A DNA stretch of 63,544 bases, filler included, from Caldilineae bacterium (GTDB lineage: Bacteria > Chloroflexota > Anaerolineae > DTLA01): NCBI GenBank assembly GCA_037446815.1. It is 3 parts of 3 records of this genome, joined end to end, with 100 filler letters (N's around TTAATTAATTAA, not from the genome) between each part and the next. Parts side by side here need not be neighbours in the genome. Positions count along the whole stretch, not along the records: positions 1 to 24,794 come from JBBIHX010000031.1; positions 24,895 to 49,485 come from JBBIHX010000032.1; 1 more part is not named here. The stretch is one strand, 5' to 3'. A program made the translations under genes and the position numbers. Under the pieces are notes generated by a model that was not told the origin of the DNA, searched no databases, and was given only the letters and a program-made list of their open reading frames with translations. Below are positions 17,779 through 26,170 of the stretch, piece by piece. Each line of letters begins with the position of its first letter. The first letter of the stretch is position 1.

Positions 17779-19299
17779 ATGATCCGATTCCCACGCTGCA
17801 GTGGCATTCTGATGCACCCAACCTCGCTGCCGAGCCGATACGGGATTGGCGACATGGGGCCTGCCGCCTACCGATTCGTGGATTTCCTGGCATCGGCAGG
17901 CCAATCGTACTGGCAGGTGCTGCCCTTGAGCCCCACCGGCTTCGGCGACTCGCCGTATCAGGGGCTGTCCGTCTTCGCCGGCAACCCGCTCCTCATCAGC
18001 CCCGACCTGCTCTTGGAAGAGGGCCTTCTCGCGCCCGAAAACCTCGCCCACGTGCCGCAATTCCCCGACGACCGCGTGGACTTCGGGCGCGTCATTCCGT
18101 ACAAGACCGCGCTCCTGGAGCAGTCGTTCGCCTACTTCCAAAGCCACGCCACCGACGCCCAGCGTGCCGCCTTTGCCGCGTTCTGCGCCGACAATGCCTC
18201 CTGGCTGGAGGACTACGCTCTGTTCGCCGCGCTGAAGGAACACTACAACCTGCGCCCCTGGCATGAGTGGGACAGGGACGTCGCCATGCGCCGGACCGCT
18301 GCCCTGGCGGAATGGCGCGAGCGCCTCCGCGACCGCCTGGAATCCCAGAAGTACCGCCAGTGGCTATTCCTCACCCAGTGGCTGCGGCTCAAGCGATATG
18401 CCAACGGGCGCGGCATCCGCATCATCGGCGACATCCCGCTCTACGTGGCGCTGGACAGCACCGACGTCTGGGCCAATCCGCGCCTGTTCCACCTGGACGA
18501 AAACCTGAAACCGACGGTAGTATCCGGCGTCCCGCCCGACTACTTCAGCGCCACCGGCCAACTCTGGGGCCACCCCATCTACCGCTGGGACCTCATGGCT
18601 GAGGAGGGCTACGCCTGGTGGATCGCGCGGTTCCGCATGGCCTTCACCCAGGCCGACGTGATTCGCATTGACCACTTCAGGGGCTTCTACAACTACTGGG
18701 AGGTTCCCGCCGGGCAGGAGACCGCTGTCGTGGGCCGCTGGCTCTATGGGCCGGGCGCCCGCCTGTTCCACGCGGTGAACCAGGCTCTGGGTGAGGTCTC
18801 CATCATCGCCGAGGATCTGGGCGACTTTGACACGGCCTCGCGCGCGGGCGTGGATGCGCTGAAGGCGGAGTTCGGCTACCCCGGGATGAAGATCCTCCAA
18901 TTCGCGTTCGGCGGGGACCCGAGCGACCCATTCCTGCCGCACAACTACACCCGCGACTGCGTCGTGTACACCGGCTCGCACGACAACGACACGACGCTTG
19001 GCTGGTACCAGGTAACGTCCACCGAGAAAGAGCGCGATTTCGCGCGCCGGTACATGGGAGTGGATGGCTCCGACATCGCGTGGGACCTCATCCGCCTAGC
19101 GTGGGCGTCTGTCGCGAATACTGCGATGACCACCACCCAGGACCTGCTCAGCCTCGGCCATGAGGCGCGCATGAACCTCCCCGGAAGTTCCGGCGCGCCC
19201 AACTGGTGCTGGAGAATGCTTCCCGGCGCGCTGACCGATGCGGTTGGCGCCCGGCTGCGCGAACTCACCTTCATCTACGGACGGCTCAGACAAGGATAA
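17779..19299 (+). CDS. malQ: 4-alpha-glucanotransferase (GH77)
   Basis: GILMHPTSLP, IIGDIP, GVPPDYFSATGQLWG, RIDHFRG, AEDLG and YTGSHDNDT. Confidence 0.95.
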   Translation: MIRFPRCSGILMHPTSLPSRYGIGDMGPAAYRFVDFLASAGQSYWQVLPLSPTGFGDSPYQGLSVFAGNPLLISPDLLLEEGLLAPENLAHVPQFPDDRVDFGRVIPYKTALLEQSFAYFQSHATDAQRAAFAAFCADNASWLEDYALFAALKEHYNLRPWHEWDRDVAMRRTAALAEWRERLRDRLESQKYRQWLFLTQWLRLKRYANGRGIRIIGDIPLYVALDSTDVWANPRLFHLDENLKPTVVSGVPPDYFSATGQLWGHPIYRWDLMAEEGYAWWIARFRMAFTQADVIRIDHFRGFYNYWEVPAGQETAVVGRWLYGPGARLFHAVNQALGEVSIIAEDLGDFDTASRAGVDALKAEFGYPGMKILQFAFGGDPSDPFLPHNYTRDCVVYTGSHDNDTTLGWYQVTSTEKERDFARRYMGVDGSDIAWDLIRLAWASVANTAMTTTQDLLSLGHEARMNLPGSSGAPNWCWRMLPGALTDAVGARLRELTFIYGRLRQG

Positions 19300-19310
19300 G
19301 AGAGGGCACT

Positions 19311-20042
19311 ATGTCCGTCCCGGACTTTCCCGTTGACCTTCAACGACGTTTTGAGGCCGACATTGTAAACGATAGAATCCCTCGCGGCTTCAAGGCCGGG
19401 GTTGAGCCATTCGCCGCCCGCTACGACGCATCGCCCGAAGACATGCGCCGGATCTTGCATGCCTGCCACCGCAAGGGGTTGCTGGAACCCGCGGGCGACG
19501 AGTTTGTGGTGCTGGGCCTGCTGGCGCCGCAGGTGGAGAGCCTGTTCCAGCACACCAGCCGCGCAGGATTGAGTCCCACATCTCAGGTGCGGCAAGTTGT
19601 CATTGAACCCGCCTCGGAGGACGCCGCGCGCCGCCTGGACGTCCCCGCTGGCTCGCCCGTCTACAGGCTGGAGCGCACCCGCGTCGTGAACGGCGAGGTC
19701 GTCGCCAATCAGGTGAACTTCATCCCGTTTGAAGTCTGCCCCGGATTGGAGTCCGACGACATGACGCACTACTCGTTCCAGATGCTTCTGGAGGGCAAAT
19801 ACCATGCAGTCGTGGCGCGTGTGCACGAGGAAGTCGCGTTTCGCGCCGCGGACGAGGCCGACCGCAAAGTCTTGGGCCTGGCGGAGGACTCCCCCGTGCT
19901 CATCGTGCAGCGATTGAGCCTCAGCCGGACGGAGCGACCGCTGGTGTGGGCCGACATTCACATCCGCCCCGACCGCTACCGCTATGTCGCCTCGCTGTGG
20001 CCGCAGGCAGCCCGGCTGTTGGACCCGTTGCAAAAACCTTGA
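19311..20042 (+). CDS. GntR/HutC-family regulator with UTRA domain
   Basis: Divergent N-terminal wHTH-like region and a C-terminal UTRA pattern (VYRLERTR...SPVLIVQRLS). Confidence 0.75.
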   Translation: MSVPDFPVDLQRRFEADIVNDRIPRGFKAGVEPFAARYDASPEDMRRILHACHRKGLLEPAGDEFVVLGLLAPQVESLFQHTSRAGLSPTSQVRQVVIEPASEDAARRLDVPAGSPVYRLERTRVVNGEVVANQVNFIPFEVCPGLESDDMTHYSFQMLLEGKYHAVVARVHEEVAFRAADEADRKVLGLAEDSPVLIVQRLSLSRTERPLVWADIHIRPDRYRYVASLWPQAARLLDPLQKP

Positions 20043-20130
20043 GGCCGGCAATGTTACCGCAAGGCAATCATTAGCGGCGCATCGGGCAACTCGGTGTACT
20101 CTTATAGTACCAACGTTGGGAGGGAAACCC

Positions 20131-20961
20131 ATGTCAGTTGCAGATACCCGAATCTACCCCATCAACACCGGATGGGCCGAAGCAGACCTCGGCACCTACA
20201 TCTTCTTCAAAGGCCCGGGCGGCCAGAAGACCGAAATCCCCATGATCTGCTTCTACGTGGACACTGGCGAGCACAAGCTCATGGTGGACACGGGGATTCC
20301 CGACGCCGACCGCGCGACCCGCTACCACCACAAAGCCCGCAAGGCCGACTGCCTGGACAGCCCCGACGCGCTTCTGAAGATGGGCGTGAACCCCGACGAC
20401 ATTGACATCTGCATCTTCACGCACCTGCACTGGGATCACGTCTCGTGCATGAAGCGCTTCCGAAACGCCCGCTACATCGTCTCGGCGGCGGAGTTGCAGT
20501 GGGCCTACAACCCCTTGCCGCTCTACTACCGCTCCTACGAATCGCCCATCCTGGGCATTGAAGCGCCCTTTGTCGGCTGCCACTTTGAGGTCGTGGAGGG
20601 CGAAACAACCATTGTGCCCGGCGTCAAAGTCTTCCCAACCCCCGGGCACACGCCGGGCCACCAGTCGGTTGAGGTGCAGACCGCGGCCGGCGCCATCGTC
20701 CTCGTCGGCGATGCCATCTTCACGTACCGCAACTTTGAGCCGAACCTGGACGAGCACTGGCGCTATTGGGTGCAGCAGCGATTCGTCAGTATGATAGACG
20801 GCTGGCGAAGCATGGAGGAGATTGACCGGCGCTCGGACTTCATCCTGCCCTGCCACGACGCCAAAGTCATGGAGCACCCGGTGTATCCGTATCCCGATAT
20901 GCCGCTCCGCAAGCGGAGGGAGCCCATTCCCGGCGCGCCGTTCTACTTCGCGGGGATCTAG
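20131..20961 (+). CDS. Metallo-beta-lactamase-fold hydrolase, AHL-lactonase family
   Basis: VDTG, THLHWDH, TPGHTPGHQ, GDA and PCHD. Confidence 0.85.
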   Translation: MSVADTRIYPINTGWAEADLGTYIFFKGPGGQKTEIPMICFYVDTGEHKLMVDTGIPDADRATRYHHKARKADCLDSPDALLKMGVNPDDIDICIFTHLHWDHVSCMKRFRNARYIVSAAELQWAYNPLPLYYRSYESPILGIEAPFVGCHFEVVEGETTIVPGVKVFPTPGHTPGHQSVEVQTAAGAIVLVGDAIFTYRNFEPNLDEHWRYWVQQRFVSMIDGWRSMEEIDRRSDFILPCHDAKVMEHPVYPYPDMPLRKRREPIPGAPFYFAGI

Positions 20962-20988
20962 TCGCGCCCGCCACAAGCGAGGTGAACC

Positions 20989-22251
20989 GTGAGGAGCAAG
21001 CGTACTGTCGTTGTCGTGGCCACCCTGGACACGAAGGGCGAGGCCGCCGCGTACCTGCGCGACGAAATCGCGTCCTGGGGGCTGGACACCATCCTCATTG
21101 ACCCGGGCGTGCTGGGCCGCCCGACGGTCAAGGCCGACATCTCGCGAGAGGAGGTGGCCCAGGCCGCCGGCACCACGCTGGCCGACCTCATTGCCCAGGG
21201 CAAGAAAGGCGTCTGCATTGCCAAACAGACCGAGGGCCTCTGCAACATCGTGCGCAGACTCTGGGAGGAAGGGCGGCTGGACGGCTTCGTGGCCATCGGC
21301 GGCGGGCAAGGCACATCCATCGGCACCGCCGCCATGCGCGTACTGCCCGTGGGCGTTCCCAAACTCATGCTCTCCACCATCGCCAGCGGGCTATTCCGCT
21401 TCGGCCCGTATGTCGGCACAAAAGACATCTGCATGATGCACTCGGTAACCGACATCCTGGACGTGAACGCCGTCAGCCGCCCCATTCTCCGCAATGCGGC
21501 CAATGCCATCGCGGGCATGGCGCTGCGCCACCCCGCCCCGGCCCAACGCGAGAAGCCGGTCATCGCCGTTACGCAACTGGGCGTAACGACGCCCTGTGTG
21601 ATGCGCGTGAAGGGCATCCTGGAGTCCAGGGGCTACCAGATTGTACCGTTCCACGCCAACGGCTCCGGCGGCCCCGCCATGGAAGACCTGATAGAAGCCG
21701 GCAAGTTCGTGGGCGTCATTGACCTCAGCGTGCACGAGGTCATTGACGGCATCTACGACGGCTTGGCCGGCGCCCAGAATCGCCTGGAATCGCTGACCCG
21801 CTACGCCATACCGGCCGTTGTATCCGTGGGCGGCAACGACTACCTGCTGTGGGAGAGCGTGGACAAGGCTCCGCCCGCCTACCGCGACCGGCCCAAGATG
21901 GTGCACAATGCGCAGATGACGGTGTTCCAGCCCGCGCCCGAAGAGATGGCCGCCGCCGCGCGTGCCATGATCGGCCCGCTCAATCGCGCCCTCGGCCCGA
22001 CGCTGGTCATCATCCCGACGGGCGGCTTCTCGGACATGAACCAGCCGGGCCGCGAACTGTACAACCCCGAGGGCAACCAGGCGATGATTCGCGCATTCCA
22101 GGACGGGCTTCGCCCGGAGGTTCCGCTGGTGCTGATACACGCCCACATCAACAACCCGGTGTTTGCCGATGCGGTGGCCGACTGCATGACCCGCCTGTTG
22201 GATGGCGAAGCGCCTGCGGCCATCGCGGCGCGATACAGAAACGAGGGATAG
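20989..22251 (+). CDS. Tm-1-like ATP-binding protein (UPF0261), paralog 1
   Basis: TLDTKG, GGGQGT, LPVGVPKL, YVGTKDI, FHANG, GGFS and HINNP. Confidence 0.85.
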   Translation: MRSKRTVVVVATLDTKGEAAAYLRDEIASWGLDTILIDPGVLGRPTVKADISREEVAQAAGTTLADLIAQGKKGVCIAKQTEGLCNIVRRLWEEGRLDGFVAIGGGQGTSIGTAAMRVLPVGVPKLMLSTIASGLFRFGPYVGTKDICMMHSVTDILDVNAVSRPILRNAANAIAGMALRHPAPAQREKPVIAVTQLGVTTPCVMRVKGILESRGYQIVPFHANGSGGPAMEDLIEAGKFVGVIDLSVHEVIDGIYDGLAGAQNRLESLTRYAIPAVVSVGGNDYLLWESVDKAPPAYRDRPKMVHNAQMTVFQPAPEEMAAAARAMIGPLNRALGPTLVIIPTGGFSDMNQPGRELYNPEGNQAMIRAFQDGLRPEVPLVLIHAHINNPVFADAVADCMTRLLDGEAPAAIAARYRNEG

Positions 22252-22255
22252 CGCC

Positions 22256-23347
22256 ATGAGGCTCACGGCGGACACGGACTTCGGTCGCGTGCGGCGAGCG
22301 ATGCTCCGCCAAGGCGACAACGACCGCGTGCCGCTGTTTGAACTTTCCGTCCACAACACCATCAAGGCACGGTTTCTCGGGCGCCCCGTGCGGACGTGGG
22401 CGGATGAAGTGGCGTTTTGGCAGGGGGCCGGGTACGACTTCGTGCCCGTGCGCGCCGGAGTCCGCTCGCTGGCGCGCGGCGTGCACCCCGCCGTAACCGA
22501 ATGGCTCCGGCAGCGAAACCCCGAAGCCCTCCAGCAGCAGGCCCACGGGTGGGCCAGCGAGACTGTGGGCATCATCGCCACGCGCAGCGACTTTGAGCAG
22601 TTCCCGTGGCCGGAGCCCGAAAGCCTCAGCGGCTACGAGGCCCACCCAACCCTGGATGCCCAAATGACTGCCATCGCAGAGTGCCTTCCCCCGACCATGA
22701 AAGCCATCGTCCAACTGGGCTACATCTTCATGGGCGCGTGGCAAATCATGGGGCTGGAGAACTTCAGCCTCCAGTTGGCCGACGACCCGGCCTTCGTGAA
22801 GGCGGTCATAGACAAACTCGGCGGTCTGCAGATGGCCGTGCTGGACATCTTGCTGCAGCACGAGTGCGTCGGGGCCATCTGGATGCCCGATGACCTGTGC
22901 TACAACGCCGGCCCGCTGGTGTCGCCCGCAGTGTACCGTCGGCTCGTGTACCCGTGGTACCAGGCCATCGTCGCGCGATGCCACCAGGCCGGCATTCCCA
23001 TCGGATTTCACAGCGACGGAGACCTGACCCACGTGCTGGCCGACCTGGTGGATTGCGGCTTTGACTGCATCCACCCGTTTGAGCCGCCCATGAACGACAT
23101 CGTCGCTGTCAAGCGTGCGTGGGGGCATCGGATGTCGGTGGCGGGCAACATTGACCTGAAGGCGACCCTGTGCGCGGGCACGCCCGCCGACGTAGAGGCC
23201 GAGGTGCGCGCGAAGGCCACCGCTTTGGCGCCGGGCGGCGGCTGGCTCATCGGCTCCAGCAACTCCATCCCCGACTTCGTCCCGTTTGACAACTACGTGG
23301 CGCTTCTGGAAAGCAGCCTGAAATACGGGCGTTGCGCGGCCCGTTGA
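22256..23347 (+). CDS. Uroporphyrinogen decarboxylase / methylcobamide methyltransferase superfamily protein
   Basis: DRVP, MPDD, FHSDG, AGNID and SSNSI. Confidence 0.8.
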   Translation: MRLTADTDFGRVRRAMLRQGDNDRVPLFELSVHNTIKARFLGRPVRTWADEVAFWQGAGYDFVPVRAGVRSLARGVHPAVTEWLRQRNPEALQQQAHGWASETVGIIATRSDFEQFPWPEPESLSGYEAHPTLDAQMTAIAECLPPTMKAIVQLGYIFMGAWQIMGLENFSLQLADDPAFVKAVIDKLGGLQMAVLDILLQHECVGAIWMPDDLCYNAGPLVSPAVYRRLVYPWYQAIVARCHQAGIPIGFHSDGDLTHVLADLVDCGFDCIHPFEPPMNDIVAVKRAWGHRMSVAGNIDLKATLCAGTPADVEAEVRAKATALAPGGGWLIGSSNSIPDFVPFDNYVALLESSLKYGRCAAR

Positions 23348-23366
23348 CCCATGACGGAGGGCAGCG

Positions 23367-24605
23367 ATGAGAATCGCAATCATTGGCACACTGGACACCA
23401 AGGGCAAGGAGGTTGGCCTGATTCGGGACACCATCGCCGCCCTGGGACATGGCACGCTCATCCTTGACCCGGGCACTCTCGGCCAGCCCGCCATCCCGGC
23501 CGACGTGCCCCGCGAGCAAATCGCGCAGGCTGCGGGCTGGGAATTGCCCGACCTTCTTGCAACGCGCGACAAGGTGCTCATCCAATCCACGATGACGAAG
23601 GGCCTCGTCAGCCTTGTATCCCGCCTCTACCAGGAGGGCGCATTCCAGGGGGTCATCGCCGTCGGCGGCGCGCAGGGAACGGCCATCGCGACCGCGGCCA
23701 TGCGCGCGCTGCCCGTGGGCGTGCCGAAGATCATGGTGTCCACCGTCGCCTGCGGCAAGACCACATTCGGCCCCTACGTGGGAACCAAGGACATCGCCAT
23801 GCTCCACTCGGTGGCCGACATCTCGGGGCTGAACCGCATCACGCGCCGACTGCTGGCCCAGGCCGCGCGGGCCGTTGTGGCAATGGCCGCCGAGCCGCCT
23901 GCTGCCGAAACGCCCGACCGAGAACTCGTCGCCATCACCCAGGCAGGCATTACAACCCCCGGCGTGATGGCGGTCAAGGAGCGGCTGGAGCGCCTCGGCT
24001 TTGAGGTCGTTGCCTTCCACTGCAATGGCATCGGCGGCCAGGCAATGGAAGAACTCATCGCCCAGGGCGTGATCCGCGGCCTCATAGACTTCTCGCCCCA
24101 CGAGATCACCGACCTCCTCTTCGGCGGCCTCATGCCCGCGGCGCCCGACCGCATGAAGGCCGCGGGGCTGGCGGGCATTCCCCAGGTGGTGGTGCCAGGC
24201 TGCACCGACATCCGCCTGCACGGCGTGGGCGACGAACTGCCACCCGACGTGCGCGGCCGCGCGTGCGTGCAACACTCCCCCACCCACACCCACGTGCGCA
24301 CAACACCCGAGGAAATGGAGCACGTCGCCCGCTTCATCGCCGCTCGCCTGAACGAGGGCACCGGGCCGCGGGCCTCCGTCATCCCCCTGCGCGGATACAG
24401 CATGCTGAACAAGCAGGGGCACCCGCTGTACGACGAGGCCGCGAACATGGCCTACGTGCTCACCATGCGCCGCGAACTCAAGCCGGAAGTGCGGCAGGTT
24501 GAGGTGGACGCCCACATCAACGACCCGGAGTTCGCCGACGTTGTGGTGGACGTGTTCATGTCGTTGCGCGGCGAGGCAGAAAAAGCCGCCAAGCCCGGCC
24601 CCTAG
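23367..24605 (+). CDS. Tm-1-like ATP-binding protein (UPF0261), paralog 2
   Basis: GTLDTKG, GGAQGT, YVGTKDI, FHCNG and AHINDPEFA. Confidence 0.85.
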   Translation: MRIAIIGTLDTKGKEVGLIRDTIAALGHGTLILDPGTLGQPAIPADVPREQIAQAAGWELPDLLATRDKVLIQSTMTKGLVSLVSRLYQEGAFQGVIAVGGAQGTAIATAAMRALPVGVPKIMVSTVACGKTTFGPYVGTKDIAMLHSVADISGLNRITRRLLAQAARAVVAMAAEPPAAETPDRELVAITQAGITTPGVMAVKERLERLGFEVVAFHCNGIGGQAMEELIAQGVIRGLIDFSPHEITDLLFGGLMPAAPDRMKAAGLAGIPQVVVPGCTDIRLHGVGDELPPDVRGRACVQHSPTHTHVRTTPEEMEHVARFIAARLNEGTGPRASVIPLRGYSMLNKQGHPLYDEAANMAYVLTMRRELKPEVRQVEVDAHINDPEFADVVVDVFMSLRGEAEKAAKPGP

Positions 24606-24628
24606 CAAGCGCATCGGAGGCAGAGCGC

Positions 24629-24794
24629 ATGGTCGACAAGATGACCCCGCGAGAGCGCGTAATCGCAGCCGTGGAGCGGCGCTGCCCCGACCGCGTGCCC
24701 ATTGACATCGGCGGCTCATCGGTAACCACCATCATCGGGGAGGCGTACGAGCGCCTGAAGCAAACCCTGGGCATGGCGGGCGAGACGCGGTACA
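24629..24794 (+). CDS. UroD-superfamily protein, 5' fragment truncated at contig end
   Basis: MTPRERV...PDRVPIDIGG is a typical UroD-family N-terminus. It runs into Ns. Confidence 0.7.
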
Positions 24795-24894
24795 NNNNNN
24801 NNNNNNNNNNNNNNNNNNNNNNNNNNNNNNNNNNNNNNTTAATTAATTAANNNNNNNNNNNNNNNNNNNNNNNNNNNNNNNNNNNNNNNNNNNN
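24795..24894. other. Artificial contig join
   Basis: N44-TTAATTAATTAA-N44, with stops in all six frames. Confidence 0.95.
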
Positions 24895-25065
24895 GTGCGA
24901 CGCACTTCAGAAGTGCGTCGCACGTTATTTTCCCGCGCCTCATCGCGGGCAGAGCGAAGCAACCGCGCGGGGCTTCATCCACGAATCGCTCCCTCGCCCT
25001 CCGGGAGAGGGCCGGGGTGAGGGCCACGCACCTCGCCCTCCGGGAGAGGGTCAGGGTGAGGGGCG
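24895..25065. repeat. REP cluster (family A plus two CCCTC...GGGAGAGGG family E units)
   Basis: GTGCGACGCACTTCAGAAGTGCGTCGCACGT, then CCTCGCCCTCC(G)GGGAGAGGG..GGGTGAGGG twice. Confidence 0.7.
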
Positions 25066-25081
25066 AAGTGGCCCGAAGGCC

Positions 25082-25111
25082 TTGACGCCGCCTTCAAAGA
25101 TATGCTATAAT
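25082..25111 (+). promoter_or_regulatory. Near-consensus sigma70 promoter
   Basis: TTGACG-18 nt-TATAAT with an extended TGn -10. Confidence 0.7.
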
Positions 25112-25167
25112 CGTGTTGCACGCGGGGAATCCTACGGAGGGCGCACATGCGTACAGGAGGTGGCACC

Positions 25168-25533
25168 ATGTGGCAATTCCTGGCCGGTCTCGTCGTCGGT
25201 TTCGCCCTGGGATGGTGGCTGGACTGGTACCTCAGCCGCGAGGATGCGCGAGCCCTCCGCGCCGAGGTCGCCCAGAAGAACGCCACCATCGCCAAACTGC
25301 AAAAGGATCTCCTGGCGTCGCGGCAGGTTGAGGCGCAGCCCGCCGCACGGGCAGAAGCAGCACCTCCCGCGCCCGACGAGCCGGAGAGCACTGTAACGGC
25401 GTACTGCGTGAAATGTCGCGCCACGCGCCCCATGCAGAACCCGCGCCGCGTAACCCTGAGCAACGGGCGGCCCGCCCTCAAGGGCACCTGTCCCGTTTGC
25501 AGCACTGGCATGTTCCGCACCATCAAGTTGTAG
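25168..25533 (+). CDS. Membrane-anchored DUF5679-like zinc-ribbon protein
   Basis: N-terminal TM, coiled coil and Pro/Ala linker, then AYCVKCR...GRPALKGTCPVCSTGMFR. AGGAGG RBS. Confidence 0.75.
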   Translation: MWQFLAGLVVGFALGWWLDWYLSREDARALRAEVAQKNATIAKLQKDLLASRQVEAQPAARAEAAPPAPDEPESTVTAYCVKCRATRPMQNPRRVTLSNGRPALKGTCPVCSTGMFRTIKL

Positions 25534-25596
25534 CGGTTCACCAACTCAACCCGGGAGTACGTGGTTCCGCCAAGACCTACGTAAAGGAGGTTTCCC

Positions 25597-26004
25597 ATGG
25601 CAAGTATTCGCGACATTGAAGGCATTGGCGAGCACTACGCAGAAGTCCTCAAGGCCAAGGCCGGCATCCGCACCACCGAAGCGCTGCTGAAGGCGTGCAC
25701 CACGCCCGCGGCGCGGCAGGAACTGGCCGAGAAGACCGGTATCTCCCCCAAACTCATCCTGGAGTGGGCCAACCTAGCCGACCTCATGCGCATCAAGGGC
25801 ATCGGCGAGGAGTATTCCGACCTCCTGGAAGAAGCGGGCGTGGACACCGTCAAGGAACTCAAGATGCGGGTGCCCAAGAACCTGTACGAGAAAATGGCCG
25901 AGATCAACCACGAGAAGCGCCTGGTGCGGCGGCTGCCCACGCTGCACATGGTGGAGTCGTGGGTGGAACAGGCCAAGCACCTGCCCCCGATGCTGGAGTA
26001 CTAG
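25597..26004 (+). CDS. DUF4332 helix-hairpin-helix protein
   Basis: IEGIG and ADLMRIKGIG HhH motifs and LLEEAGVDTV. Strong RBS. Confidence 0.85.
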   Translation: MASIRDIEGIGEHYAEVLKAKAGIRTTEALLKACTTPAARQELAEKTGISPKLILEWANLADLMRIKGIGEEYSDLLEEAGVDTVKELKMRVPKNLYEKMAEINHEKRLVRRLPTLHMVESWVEQAKHLPPMLEY

Positions 26005-26170
26005 CCCTGCTCTCGCGCGTCTGCAAGTCGGCGACTCAGTTCGTTCTCAGTAGACAATCCTATACCGCGATCCGCGAGTGGCGTGCGCGAGTGGCGCGAA
26101 GGACGGCGAGCCACGTTTCGCGCCTGTTCGCGCGCCCGGCGGGTCGCGCGTTCTTTGGCGGAGGTGAACC

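Noticed and set aside
24839..24850. TTAATTAATTAA as a biological motif
   Set aside because: It is a six-frame-stop linker embedded in Ns, identical at 49530-49541.
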